NCBI RefSeq assembly: GCF_009914755.1
Contig: NC_060938.1
DNA: 64,000 bases
Reading direction: 5' to 3' (one strand)
Source of the DNA: the human T2T-CHM13v2.0 reference genome, Homo sapiens
Part shown: positions 40,261 to 51,639 of the stretch, one piece after another
Numbering within the stretch: the stretch's first letter is position 1
Layout of the letters: the number at the start of each line of letters is the position of its first letter
Notes under the pieces: model-generated
What the model saw: the letters and a program-made list of their open reading frames with translations, nothing else
What the model was told of the DNA's origin: nothing
Databases searched by the model: none
Translations under genes and position numbers: made by a program

Positions 40261-43200
40261 GGAGTGGAGTGGACTGGAGTGCAGTGGAGTCGAGTGGAAT
40301 GGAATGGAATTCAATGGACTTCACTGCAATGGAATGCAGTGGTGTTGAGTGGAGTGGAGTGGAATGGAATGGAATGGAATGACAAGGAGGAGTGGAGTTG
40401 AGTGGAAATCAGTGGAATTGATTGCAGTTGAATGGAATGGAATGGAATGGAATGGAGTGGAGTGGAAAAGAATTTAGAACAATAGAGTGAAATTTAGTGT
40501 AGTGGAGTGGAGAGGAGTGTAATGGATTCGAATGGAATTGGATGTAATGGAATGTAGTGGAGTGGAGTGGAGTGGAACAGAATGGAACAGAACGGAGTGG
40601 AACGGAATGGAATGGAACGGAACGGAATGGAACGGAATGGAACGGAACGGAATATGTGTTGAGATTTTGCCACTGCACCGCAGTCTGTGTGACAGAGGGA
40701 TATCCTGCCGAAAGAAAGGAGTGGAATGGGATGCAGTGTAGTGGAGTGGAATGCAGTGGAGTGGAATGGAACGGAGTGGAGAGAAGTGGATGGAGCAGAG
40801 TGGAGTGGAATGAAATGGAGTGGAGTGGAATGAAATGGAGTGGAGTGGAGTGCAGTGGAATGCAGTGGAGTGAAGTGGGATGGAGTGGAGACGAGTGGAT
40901 GGAGTGGAGTGCAATGAAATGGAGTGGAGTGGAGTGGAATGGAGTCAAATGGAATCAGAAACAAAGGAATGTAGTGGCATAGAGTGGATTTGAGTTGAAT
41001 GGAATGGAACGGAATGTGTGCTGAGATTTTGCCACTGCACCGCAGCCTGTGTGACAGAGGGAGATCCTGTCGAAACAAAGGAGTGGAATGGGATGCAGTG
41101 CAGTGGAGTGGAGTGGAATGGAGTGGAGTGGAGTGGAAATGAATGGAGATTATTGGATTGGAATGGAGTGGAGTGAGGTGGAATGTAGAGTAGTGGAGAG
41201 GAATGGCCTGGAGTGGAATGGAATGGAAAGGAGTGGAGTAGAATGGAGTACAGTGGAGTGGAATTGAGTGGAATAGAATGGAGTGGAGTGGAATCAAATG
41301 GAATGGAGTGGAGTGGAATTAACTGGAATGGAGTGGAATGGACTGGAGTGGAATGGAATGGAATGGAGTGGCCTGGCATGGAATTGAGTGGAATGGGATG
41401 GAGTGGATTGGAATGAAATGGGGTTGAATGGAGTGGAGTGGAGTAAGATGGAGAGGATTGGAGTGGAGTGGAATGGAGTGGAGTGGAGTGAAATGGAGTG
41501 GAGTTGAGTGGAAAGGACTGGAGGGAATTGGAAAGGAAGGGAGTGGAGTGGAGTGGAATGGAGTGGAATGGAGTGGAATGGACTGGAGTAGATGGAATGT
41601 AATGGAGTCGAGTGGAATGGAGTGGAGTGGAGTGGAGGGGAGTGGAGTGGAGTGGATTCGAATTGAATGGAGCCGAGTGGATTGGAGTGGAGTGGAGTGG
41701 AGTGAAAACGAGTTGAGTGGAGTGGAATGGACTGGAGTGGAATGGAAAGGAATGGAGTGGAATGGAATGGAATGGAGTGGAATTGAATGGAGAAGAGTGG
41801 AGAGGAATGGAGTGGAGTGTAGTGTACTGGAGTGGAGTGGAGTGGAATTTTGTGCAATGGAATGGAGTGCAGAGCAATGGAATTGAAGATAGTGGAGTAG
41901 AATTATTGGAATGTAGTGGAATGGACTAGAGTGGAATGAAATGGAATGGTGTGGAATGGAGAGGAATGGAGTGGAGTGGAGTGGAGTGGAGCGGAGTGGA
42001 ATGTAGTGAAGTGGAGTGGACCGGACTGGACTGGAGTGGAATGGAATGGCATGGACTGGAGTGGATTGGAGAGGAGTGGAGTGGAATGGAGTGGCATGGA
42101 GTGGAATGGAATGGAGTGGAGTGGAGTGGAGTGGAATGGAGTGGAGTGGAGTGGAATGGAGTGGCGTGCAATGGAATGGAATGGAATGCAATGCAATGGA
42201 ATGGAATGGGAAGGAATGGAATTGAGTGGAGTGGAATGGAGGGGCATGGAATGGAGTGGAGTGGAATGGAGAGGAATGGAATGCAAATGAATGGAATGGG
42301 TGCTGTGATTGTGCAACTGTGCTACAGCCTTTGTGAAAAAGGGAGATCCTGTCGAAATAAAGGAATGGAATAGGATGTAGTGGATTGGAGTGGTGTGGAA
42401 TGGAGTGGAACGGAATGGTTTGGAGTGGAATGGAGTGGAGCGGAGTGGTGTGGAATGGAGTGGAGTGGACTGGAGTGGAGTGTATTGGAGTGGAATGGAG
42501 TGCAGTGGATTGGAGTGGAGTGGAATGGAATGGAATGGAATGTAGTGGATGGAATGGAATGGAGTGGGGTGGAGTGGAGTCCAATGGAGTTGAATGGAAT
42601 GGAATTAAATTGAGTGGAATGCAATGGAATTGGCACTGAGATTGTGCACTGCGCAACAGCCTGTGTGATAAAGGGAGATCCTGTCGAAAGGAACAATTGG
42701 AATGGGAAGGAATGGAGTGGATTGGAGTTGAGTGGAATGCGGTGGAATTGACTGGAGTGGAATGGAATGGAATGGAGTGGAAAGGCATGCAATGGAGTTG
42801 AGTGGAATGAAGTGGAGTATGGTTGAGTGGAATGGAGTTGATTGGAGTGGAGTCAACTACAGTGGAGTTGAGTGGAATGGAATGGAGTGGAGTGGAATAT
42901 ACTGAAATGGAGTGGAATGGAGTGGAGTGGAATGGAATGGAATGGAGTGGAATGGAATGGAGTGGAATGGAATGTAGTGAAGTGAAGTGGAGTGGAATGG
43001 AGTGGAGTGGACTGGAGTGAAGTGGAGTCAAGGGGAATGGAATGGAATTCACTGGACTGCAGTGGAATGGAATGCAGTGTTGTTGAGTGGAGTGGAGTGG
43101 AGTGAAATGGAATGGAATGCAACGGAATGGAATAAAATAGAGTGGAATGGAGGGGAGTGGACTGGAGTGGAGTGGAGTAGAATGGAATGAAATGGAATGG

Positions 43201-46200
43201 AACGGAAAGGAAAGGAGGAGTGGAGTGGAGTGGAGTAGATTGGAATGGAATGGAATGGAATGGAATGGAATGGAATGAAATGGAAAGGAGGAGTGGAGTT
43301 GAGTGGAATTCAGGGGAGTGGACTGCAGTTGAATGGAATGGAATGGAATGCAATGGAGAGGAGTGGAGTGGAGTGAAGTGGAAAGGAATTTAGTGCAATG
43401 GAGTGAAATTTAGTGTAGTGGAGTGGAGGAGAGTGGAATGGATTGGAATGGAATTGGATGTAATGGAATGTAGTGGAGTGCAGCGGAGTGGAGTGGTACA
43501 GAATGGAACGGAATGGAAAGTAATGTAACGGAACGGAAAGTGTGCTGAGATTTTCCCACTGCACCGCAGCATGTGTGACAGAGGGAGATCCTGTCGAAAG
43601 AAAGGAGTGGAATGGGATGGAGTGGAGTGGAGTGGAGTGGAATAGAGTGGAGTGGAGTGGAGTGGAGTGGAGTGGAGTGGAATGGAATGGAGATTACTGG
43701 AAAGGAATGGAGAGGAGTGAGGTGGAATAAAGTATAGTGGAGTGGAATGGAATGGAGATTACTGGAAAAGAATGGAGAGGAGTGAGGTGGAATAAAGTAT
43801 AGTGGAGTGGAATGGCCTGGAGTGGAATGGAATGGAATGGAATGGAATGGAATGGAATGGAGTGGAATGGAATGGAATGGAGGGGAGTGGAATGGAGTGG
43901 AGTTGAGAGGAAAGAACTGGAGTGGAGTGGAATGGAACGGAGTGGAGTGGAATGGAATGGAGTGGAGTGGAGTGGAAAGGACTGGAGTGGAATGGAATGG
44001 AATGTAGTGGAGTGGGATGCAGTGGAATGGAATGGAGTAGAGTGGAATGTAATGGAGTGGAGTGGAGTGAAATGGAGGGGAGTGGAGTGGAGTGGAATCG
44101 AAATGAATGGAGCAGAGTGGATTGGAGTGGAGTAGAGAGGAATTGAGTGGAGTGGAATGGACTGGAGTGGAATGGAACAGAATGGAGTTCAATGGAAAGG
44201 AATGGAGTGGAATTGAATGGAGAGCAGTGGAGAGGAGTGGAGTGGAGTGGAATTTTGTGCAATGGAATGGATTGCAGAGCATCGGAATGGAAGGTAGTGG
44301 AGTAGAATTAATGGAAAATAGTGGAATGGACTGGGGTGGAATAGAATGAAATGGTGTGGAATGGAGAGGAATGAAGTGGAGTGGAGCAGAGTGGATTGGA
44401 GTAGAGTGGAGTGGACTGGACTGGACTGGAGTGGAGTGGAATGGAATGGAATGGAATAGAATGAAGTGGAGTGGAGTGGAGTGGAAAGGAGTGGCATGGA
44501 GTGGAGTGGAGTGGAATGGAATGGAACGCAATGGAATGGAATGGAGTGAAGTGGAGATGAGTACAATGGAATGGAGTGGAATGTAATGCAAGGGAATGAA
44601 TGGAATGGGATGGAATGGAATTGAGTGGTGTGGAATGGAGTGACATGGAATGGAGTTGAGTGGAATGGAGTGGAATGGAATGCAATTGAATGGAATGGGT
44701 GCTGTGATTGTGCAACTGTGCTAAAGCCTTTGTGACAGAGTGAGATCCTGTCAAAAGAAAGGAGTGGAATGGGATGGAGTGGAGTGGAGTGGAATAGAGT
44801 GGAGTGGAGTGGAGTGGAATGGAATGGAAATTATTGGAGAGGAATGGAGTGGAGTAAGTTGGAATGTAGTGGAGTGGAGTGGAATGGCCTGGAGTGGAAT
44901 GGAATGGAATTGAATGGAGTGGAATGGAATGGAGTGGAGTGGAGTGGCGTGGATTGGAGTGGAGTGGAGTGGAATTAAGTAGAATGGAATGGAGTGGAGT
45001 GGAATCAAATGGAATGGAGAGGAGTGGAATTAACTGGAATGGAGTGCAATGGACTGGAGTGGAATGGAATGGAATGCAGTGGAATGGAATGCAATGGAGT
45101 GGAATGGGGTGGGGTGTAGTGCAGTGCAGTGGAGTGGAATGGAGTGGAGTGGAGTGAAATGGAGTGGATTGTGGTAGAATGGAGTGGAGTGGAGTAGAGT
45201 CGAGTGGAGTGGAGTGGAGTGAAATGGAGTGGAGTCAAGTGGAAAGCACTGGAGTCGAGTGGAAAGGACTGGAGTGGAATGGAATGGAGTGGAGTGGAGT
45301 GGAATGGAGTGGAGTGGAGTGAAATGGACTGGAGTGGAATGGAATGGAATGGAGTGGAGTGGAATGCAGTGGAATGGAATGGAGTAGAGTGGAACGGAAT
45401 GGAGTGGAGTGGAATGGAGTGGATTTGATTTAGAGGAGTGTAGTGGAGTGGAATCGAATTGAACGGAGCGGTGTGGATTGGAGTGGAGAGGAGTGGAATC
45501 GAGTGGAGTGGAGTGGAATTGACTATAGTGGAATGGAACAGAATGGAGTGGAATGGAATGGAATGGAGTGGAATTGATGGAGAGGAGTGGAGAGGAATGG
45601 AGTGGAGTGTAGTGGAATTTTGTGCAATGGAATGGAGTGCAGAGCGATGGAATGGAAGGTAGTGGAGTAGAATTATTGGAAAGTATTGAAATGGACTGGG
45701 GTGGAATTGAGTGTAATGGAAGGGAATGGTGTGGAATGGAGAGGAATGGATTGGAGTGGATTGGATTGGAGCGGAGTGGAATGGAGTGGAGTGCAGTGGA
45801 CTGGACTGGAGTGGAGTGGAATGGAATGGAATGGCATGCAGTGTAATGGAATGGAATGGAGTGGCATGGAGTGGAGTGGAGTGGAATGAAATGGAATAGT
45901 ATGGAATGGAATGGAGTGGAGTGGAGTGGAGAGGAGTGCAATGGAATTGAATGGAATGGAACGGAATGCAATGGAATGGAAAGGAATGGGATCTAATGGA
46001 ATTGAGTGGTGCGGAATGGAGTGGCATGGAATGGAGTTGAGTGGAATGGAGTGGAATGGAATACAATTGAATGGAATGGGTGCTGTGATTGTGCTCCTGG
46101 GCTACAGTCTTTTTGACAGAGGGAGATCCTGTCAAAAGAAAGGAGTGGAATGGGATGGAGTTGAGTGGAGTGGAGTGGAATAGAGTGGAGTGAAGTTGAG

Positions 46201-49200
46201 TGGATTGGAATGGAGATTATTGGAAAGGAATGGAGTGGAGTGAGGTGGAATGTAGTGTACTGGAGTGGAATGGCCTGGAGTGGAATGGAATGGAATGGAA
46301 TGGAATGGAATGGAATGGAATGGAATGGAATGGGTGCTGAGATTGTACCACTGTGCTACAGCCTGTGTGACGCAGGGAGATGCTGTTGAAAGAATGGTGT
46401 GGAATTTTGATGCGGTGGAGTGTAGTGGAATGGAGTGGAATGGAGTTGAGTGGAGTGGAAAGGAGTGAACTGGAGTGGAATGGAATGGAGTGGAGTGGAA
46501 TGGAAGGGAGTGGTATGGAGTGGAGTGCATTGGAGTGGAATGGAATGGAATGGAGTGCAGTGGAATGGAATGGAATGGAGTGGAGTGGAGTGCGATGGAA
46601 TGGAATGCAATGGAATGTTATAGAATGGGATGGAATGGAATTGAGTGGTGTGGAATGGAGTGACATGGAATGAAGTTGAGGGGAATGGAGTGGAATGGAA
46701 TGCAAATGAATGGAATCGGTGCTGTGATTGTGTCACTGCACCACTGCCTTTGTGACAGAGGGAGATCACGTCAAAAGCAAGGAGTGTAATGGGCTGGAGT
46801 GGAGTGGACTGGTTGGGAGTGGAGTGGAATGGAGTGGAATGGAATGGAACAGAATGGAATGGTGTGGTGTGGAGTGGAGTGGAGTGGAATGGAATGGAAT
46901 GGAATGGAATGGAATGGATTGGAGAGAAGTGGAATGGAATGGAGTGGCTTGAGGTAGAGTGGAGTGGAATGGAAAGGATTGAAATGAAGTGCAGTGGAGT
47001 GGAGTGGAGTGTAGCTGAATGGAATGGAATGGCATAGAGGAGTGGAGTGGAGTGGAATTGACTGGAGTGGAGTGCAGTGGAATGGAATGGAATGGAATGC
47101 ATTGGAATGAAGTGGAGTGGAGTGGAAGGGAATGGAGTGGAATGCAGTGCAGTGGATTGAAGAGGAGTGGAATGGAATCCCATATATTGGAATGAAGTGC
47201 AGTGGAGTGGAGTGGAGTGGAAAGGAATAGAATGGAATGGAACAAAACGGAATGGAAAGGAAAGGAATGGGTGCTGAGATTGTGTCACTGTGCTACCGCC
47301 TGTGTGATAGAGGGAGATCCTGTTGAAAGAAAGGAGTTTAATGGTATGGAGTGGAGTGGAGTGGAGTGGCGTGGAGTGGAATGGTTTGAAGTGGAGAGGA
47401 CTGGAGTTGAATGGATTGGAATGCAGTGGAGTTAGTTGGAATGGAGTTGAGTGGAGTGGAATGGAAGGGAGTGGAGTGGAATGGAATGGAGTGGAGTGGA
47501 TTGGAAATAAATGGAGTGGAGTGAAATGGACTGGAATAGAGTGGAATGGACTGGATTGGAATGGAATGGAATGAAATGAAATGGGTGCTAAGACTGTGCC
47601 ACTGCACTACAGCCTGTGTGACAGACGGAGAGGTCGTTGAAAGAAAGGCATGGAAGGGGATGGAGTGGAGTGGAATGGAGTGGAGAGGAGGGGATTGGAG
47701 TGGAATGGAATGGAGAGGAGTGGAGTGGAGTGAAGTGGTGTGGAGTGGAGTGGAGTGGAATGGAGTGGAATGGAATGCAGTAGAATGGAATGGAATGGAA
47801 TGGAATGGGTGCTGAGATTGTACCACTGCACTACAGCCTGTGTGACGGAGGGAGATGCTGTTGAAAGAATGGTGTGGAATTTTGATGGGGTGGAGTGGAG
47901 TGGGGTGGAGTGGAGTGGAGTGGAATGGAGTGGAGTGGAGTGGAGTGGAATGGAGTGGAGTGGAGTGGAATGGAGTGAACTGGAGTGGAATGGAATGGAG
48001 TGGAGTGGAATGGAATGGAGTTGATTTGAGTGGAATTGAATGGAGTGGAGAGGAATGGACTGGAGTGGAATGGAATGGAATGCAGTGGAATGCAATGGAA
48101 TGGAGTGGAATGGAATGGAATGGAGTGGAATGGAATTAACTGGAGTGGAATGGATTTGAAAGCAGTGGAATCGAATGGAATGGATTGGAATGGAATGGAG
48201 TGGAGTGGAAATGAATGGATTGGAGTGGAATGGAGTGTAGTGGAGTGTAGTGGAGTGGAGGGGAGTGGAGTTGAGTGGAAACGAATGGAGTGAGTGGAAT
48301 GGAGTGGATTGGAATTTACTGGAATGGAGTGGAATGGACTGGCGTGGAATGGAATGGAAAGGAGTGTACTTTATTCTCATGGAGTGGATAGGATTGGAGT
48401 GGAGTGGAATGCAGTGGAGTGGAGTGGAGTGGAATGGAGTGGAATGGAGTGGAGTGGAGTGGAATGGACTGTAGTGGAATGGAATGCAGTGGAGTGGAGT
48501 GGAATGCAGTGGAGTGGAGTGGAATGGAATGGATTGGAGTAGACCGGAAAGGAGTGTAGTGGAATACAGTGGAGTTGAGTGGAGGGGAGTGGAGTGTATT
48601 GGAGTGGAGTGGAATGGAATTGAATGGAGTGGAGTGGACTGGAGTGGAGTGGAATGCAATGCAATGGAATGGAATGCAATTGGAGCTGAGATTGTGTTAC
48701 TGTGCTACGTCCTTTGTGACAGATGCAGATCCTGTCGAACGAAAGGAGTGGAATGGCATGGAGTGTGGTGGAGTAGAGTGGAGTGGAGTGGAATGTAGTG
48801 GAATGGAATTGACTGGATTGAAATGAAATGGAGTGGAGTGGAGTGGACTGGAATGGAATGGAGTGGAGTGTAATGGAATAGAGTGGAGTGGAATGGACTG
48901 GAGTGGATTAGCATGGAATGGTGTGGAAAGGAATGGAATGGAGTGTAATGGAATGGAATGGAGTTGAGTGGAGTGGAATGGAGTGGAGTGGAGTGAAGTG
49001 GAGTGAAATGGAATGGAGTGGAGTGTAATGGAATGGAATGGAGTTGCATGAAATCTACTGGATTTTTGTGGAATTGAATGGACTGGAAAGGAATGGAATG
49101 GAGTGGCATGGAATGGAATGGATTATAGTGGAATGGAAAGGAGTGTCGTGGCTTGGAGTGGAGTGCAATAGTATGGAATGGAATGGAGTGGAGTTCAGTG

Positions 49201-49601
49201 AAGTGGAGTAGAGTAGAGTGGAGTGCAAAGGAATGGAACGAAATGGAATGGAATAGAATGGAGGAGTGCAGTGGAGTGGAATTGAGTGGAGTGTAGTGGA
49301 GTGCATTGGAATGAAATGGAATGGAATGGAATGGAAGGGAGAGGAGTGGAGTGGCGGGGACTGGAAAGGAATGCAGTGGAATGGACTGGAATGGAGTGGA
49401 ATGAATGCAATGGAGTCGAGAGGAGTGGAATGGAGTGGAATGGAATTGAACATAAAGGAAGGCAGTGGAGTGGAGTGCACCGGAAGGGAATGGAGTGGAA
49501 TGGAGTGCAGTGGAGCGGAATGGAGTGGAGTGGAGTGGAATGGAGTGGAGTGGAGTGGAATGGAATGGAGTGAGGTGGAATGGAATGGAATTGACAGGAG
49601 T

Positions 49602-49616
49602 GGAATTTTCTAGAAT
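49602..49616. promoter_or_regulatory. Perfect three-unit heat-shock element motif gGAAt-tTTCt-aGAAt (motif only)
   Basis: GGAATTTTCTAGAAT matches nGAAnnTTCnnGAAn and contains the TTCTAGAA core. There is no functional evidence. Confidence 0.33.
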
Positions 49617-50800
49617 GGAGTGGAATGGACTGGAGGGGAATAGAATGGAAGGGAGTGGAATGGAATGGAGTGGATTGGAGTAGAATGCAGTGGAGTGGAG
49701 AGGAGTGGAATGGACTGGAGTGGAATGGAATGGAGTGGAGTGGGACGGAGTGGAGTGGCGTGGCATGGCGTGGAGTGGAAGGGAATGGAATACAATGAAG
49801 TGGAGTAGAATGGAGTGGAATGGAATGGAATGGAATGGAATGGAGAAGTGGAGTGGAGTGGAATTGAGTGGAGTGGAGTGCAATAGAATGGAATGGAATG
49901 GAATGGAGTGGAGTGGAGTGGACTGGATAGGAGTGGAAATTAATGGATTGCAATGGAGTGCAGTGGAGGGGAGAGGAGTGGAATGCAGTGGAATGGAATC
50001 AGATGGAATGGAATTTAGTGGATTGGAACGGAATGGAATGGAAAGGAACGGAATGGTACGTAACAGAATGGGTGCTGAGATTTTGCCACTGCGTTACAGC
50101 CTGTGTGACAGAGGGTGATCCTGTAGAAAGAAAGGAGTGGAATGGGATGGATTGGAATGGAATGGAATGGAGTGGAGTGCAGTGGAGTTGAATGGAGTGG
50201 ACTGGAAAGGAATGGAAAGGAGTAGTGTGGAATGGAGTGGAATGCAGTGGAGTGGAGTGGACGGGAATGGAGTTTAGTGGTGTGGAGTGGAGTAAAGTGG
50301 AGTGGAGTGGAATGGAATGCAGTGGAATGGAATGCAGTGGAATGGAATGGAGTACAATGGAATGGAATGAAATGGAATGGGTGCTGAGATTGTGCCACTG
50401 TGCTACAGACTGTGTGACAGAGAGAGATCCTGTTGAAAGAATGGTGTGGAAGGGGATGGAGTGGATTTGAGTGGAGTGGAGGGGAATGGAGTTGAATGGA
50501 GTGGAGAGGATTGGAATAGAGTGGAGTGGAGTGGACTGGAGTGGAATGGAAAGAGTGGAGTGGAATGGAATGGAGTGGAGTGGAATGGAATGGATTGGAG
50601 TGGAATGGACTGGAATGGAATGGAATCGTATGGAGTGTAATGGAATGGAGTGGAGTGGAATGGATTGTATTGGAGAGGAAAGGACTGGAATGGAGTGAAA
50701 TGGACTATAGTGGAATGGAAAGGAACGGAGTGGAGTGGAATGGACTGGAGTGGAATGAAATGGAATGGTGCGTAATAGAATGGAGTGGAGTGGAATGAAG

Positions 50801-51639
50801 TGGAGTGGAGTGGAGTGCAGTTGAGTGGAATGGAATGTAGTGGAGTGGAATGGGATTGAGTGGAATGGAGTGATGTGGAAATTACTGGAATGTAGTGGAG
50901 TGCACTGGAGTGGAATGGAATGGAATGGAGTGGAGGAGAGTGGAGGGGAGAGGAGTGGAAAAGAATGGAGGGGAATGGAGTGCACTGGAGTGGAGAGGAG
51001 TGGAATGGAGTGCAATGGAATCGTATGTAATGGAATGTAGTGGTGTGGAGTGGAGTGGAGTGGAACGGAATGGAACAGAACAGAACGTAACGGAATGGAA
51101 AGGAACGGAATGGGTGCTGAGATTGTGCCACTGCGCTACAGCCTGTGTGATAGAGGGAGAACCTTTAGAAAGAAAGGAGTGGAATGGGATGGAGTGGAAT
51201 GGAGTAGATTGGAGTGGAGTGGAATGGAGTTGAGTGGAGTAAAATGGAATGGAGTGGAATGTAATGGAGTGGATTGGATTGGAGTGGAGTGGAAGGGAGT
51301 GGATTGGAGTAGAATGGAGAGGACTGGATTGGAATGGAATGGAGTGGAGTGGAGTGCAGTTGAGTGGAATGGAATGTAGTGGAGTGGAATGGGATTGAGT
51401 GGAATGGAGTGATGTGGAAATTACTGGAATGTAGTGGAGTGCACTGGAGTGGAATGGAATGGAATGGAGTGGAGGAGAGTGGAGGGGAGAGGAGTGGAAA
51501 AGAATGGAGGGGAATGGAGTGCACTGGAGTGGAGAGGAGTGGAATGGAGTGCAATGGAATCGTATGTAATGGAATGTAGTGGTGTGGAGTGGAGTGGAGT
51601 GGAACGGAATGGAACAGAACAGAACGTAACGGAATGGAA
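50801..51639 (+). repeat. Two identical 300-bp tracts (50801-51100 and 51340-51639)
   Basis: Base-by-base identity at offset 539. ORFs 50825..51040 and 51364..51579 give identical peptides. Confidence 0.9.

Noticed and set aside
49044-49070. Irregular patch TTGCATGAAATCTACTGGATTTTTGTG with a 5-bp inverted repeat
   Set aside because: It stays in pentamer phase and resembles the variant run at about 6001-6020, so it is explained by ordinary decay.
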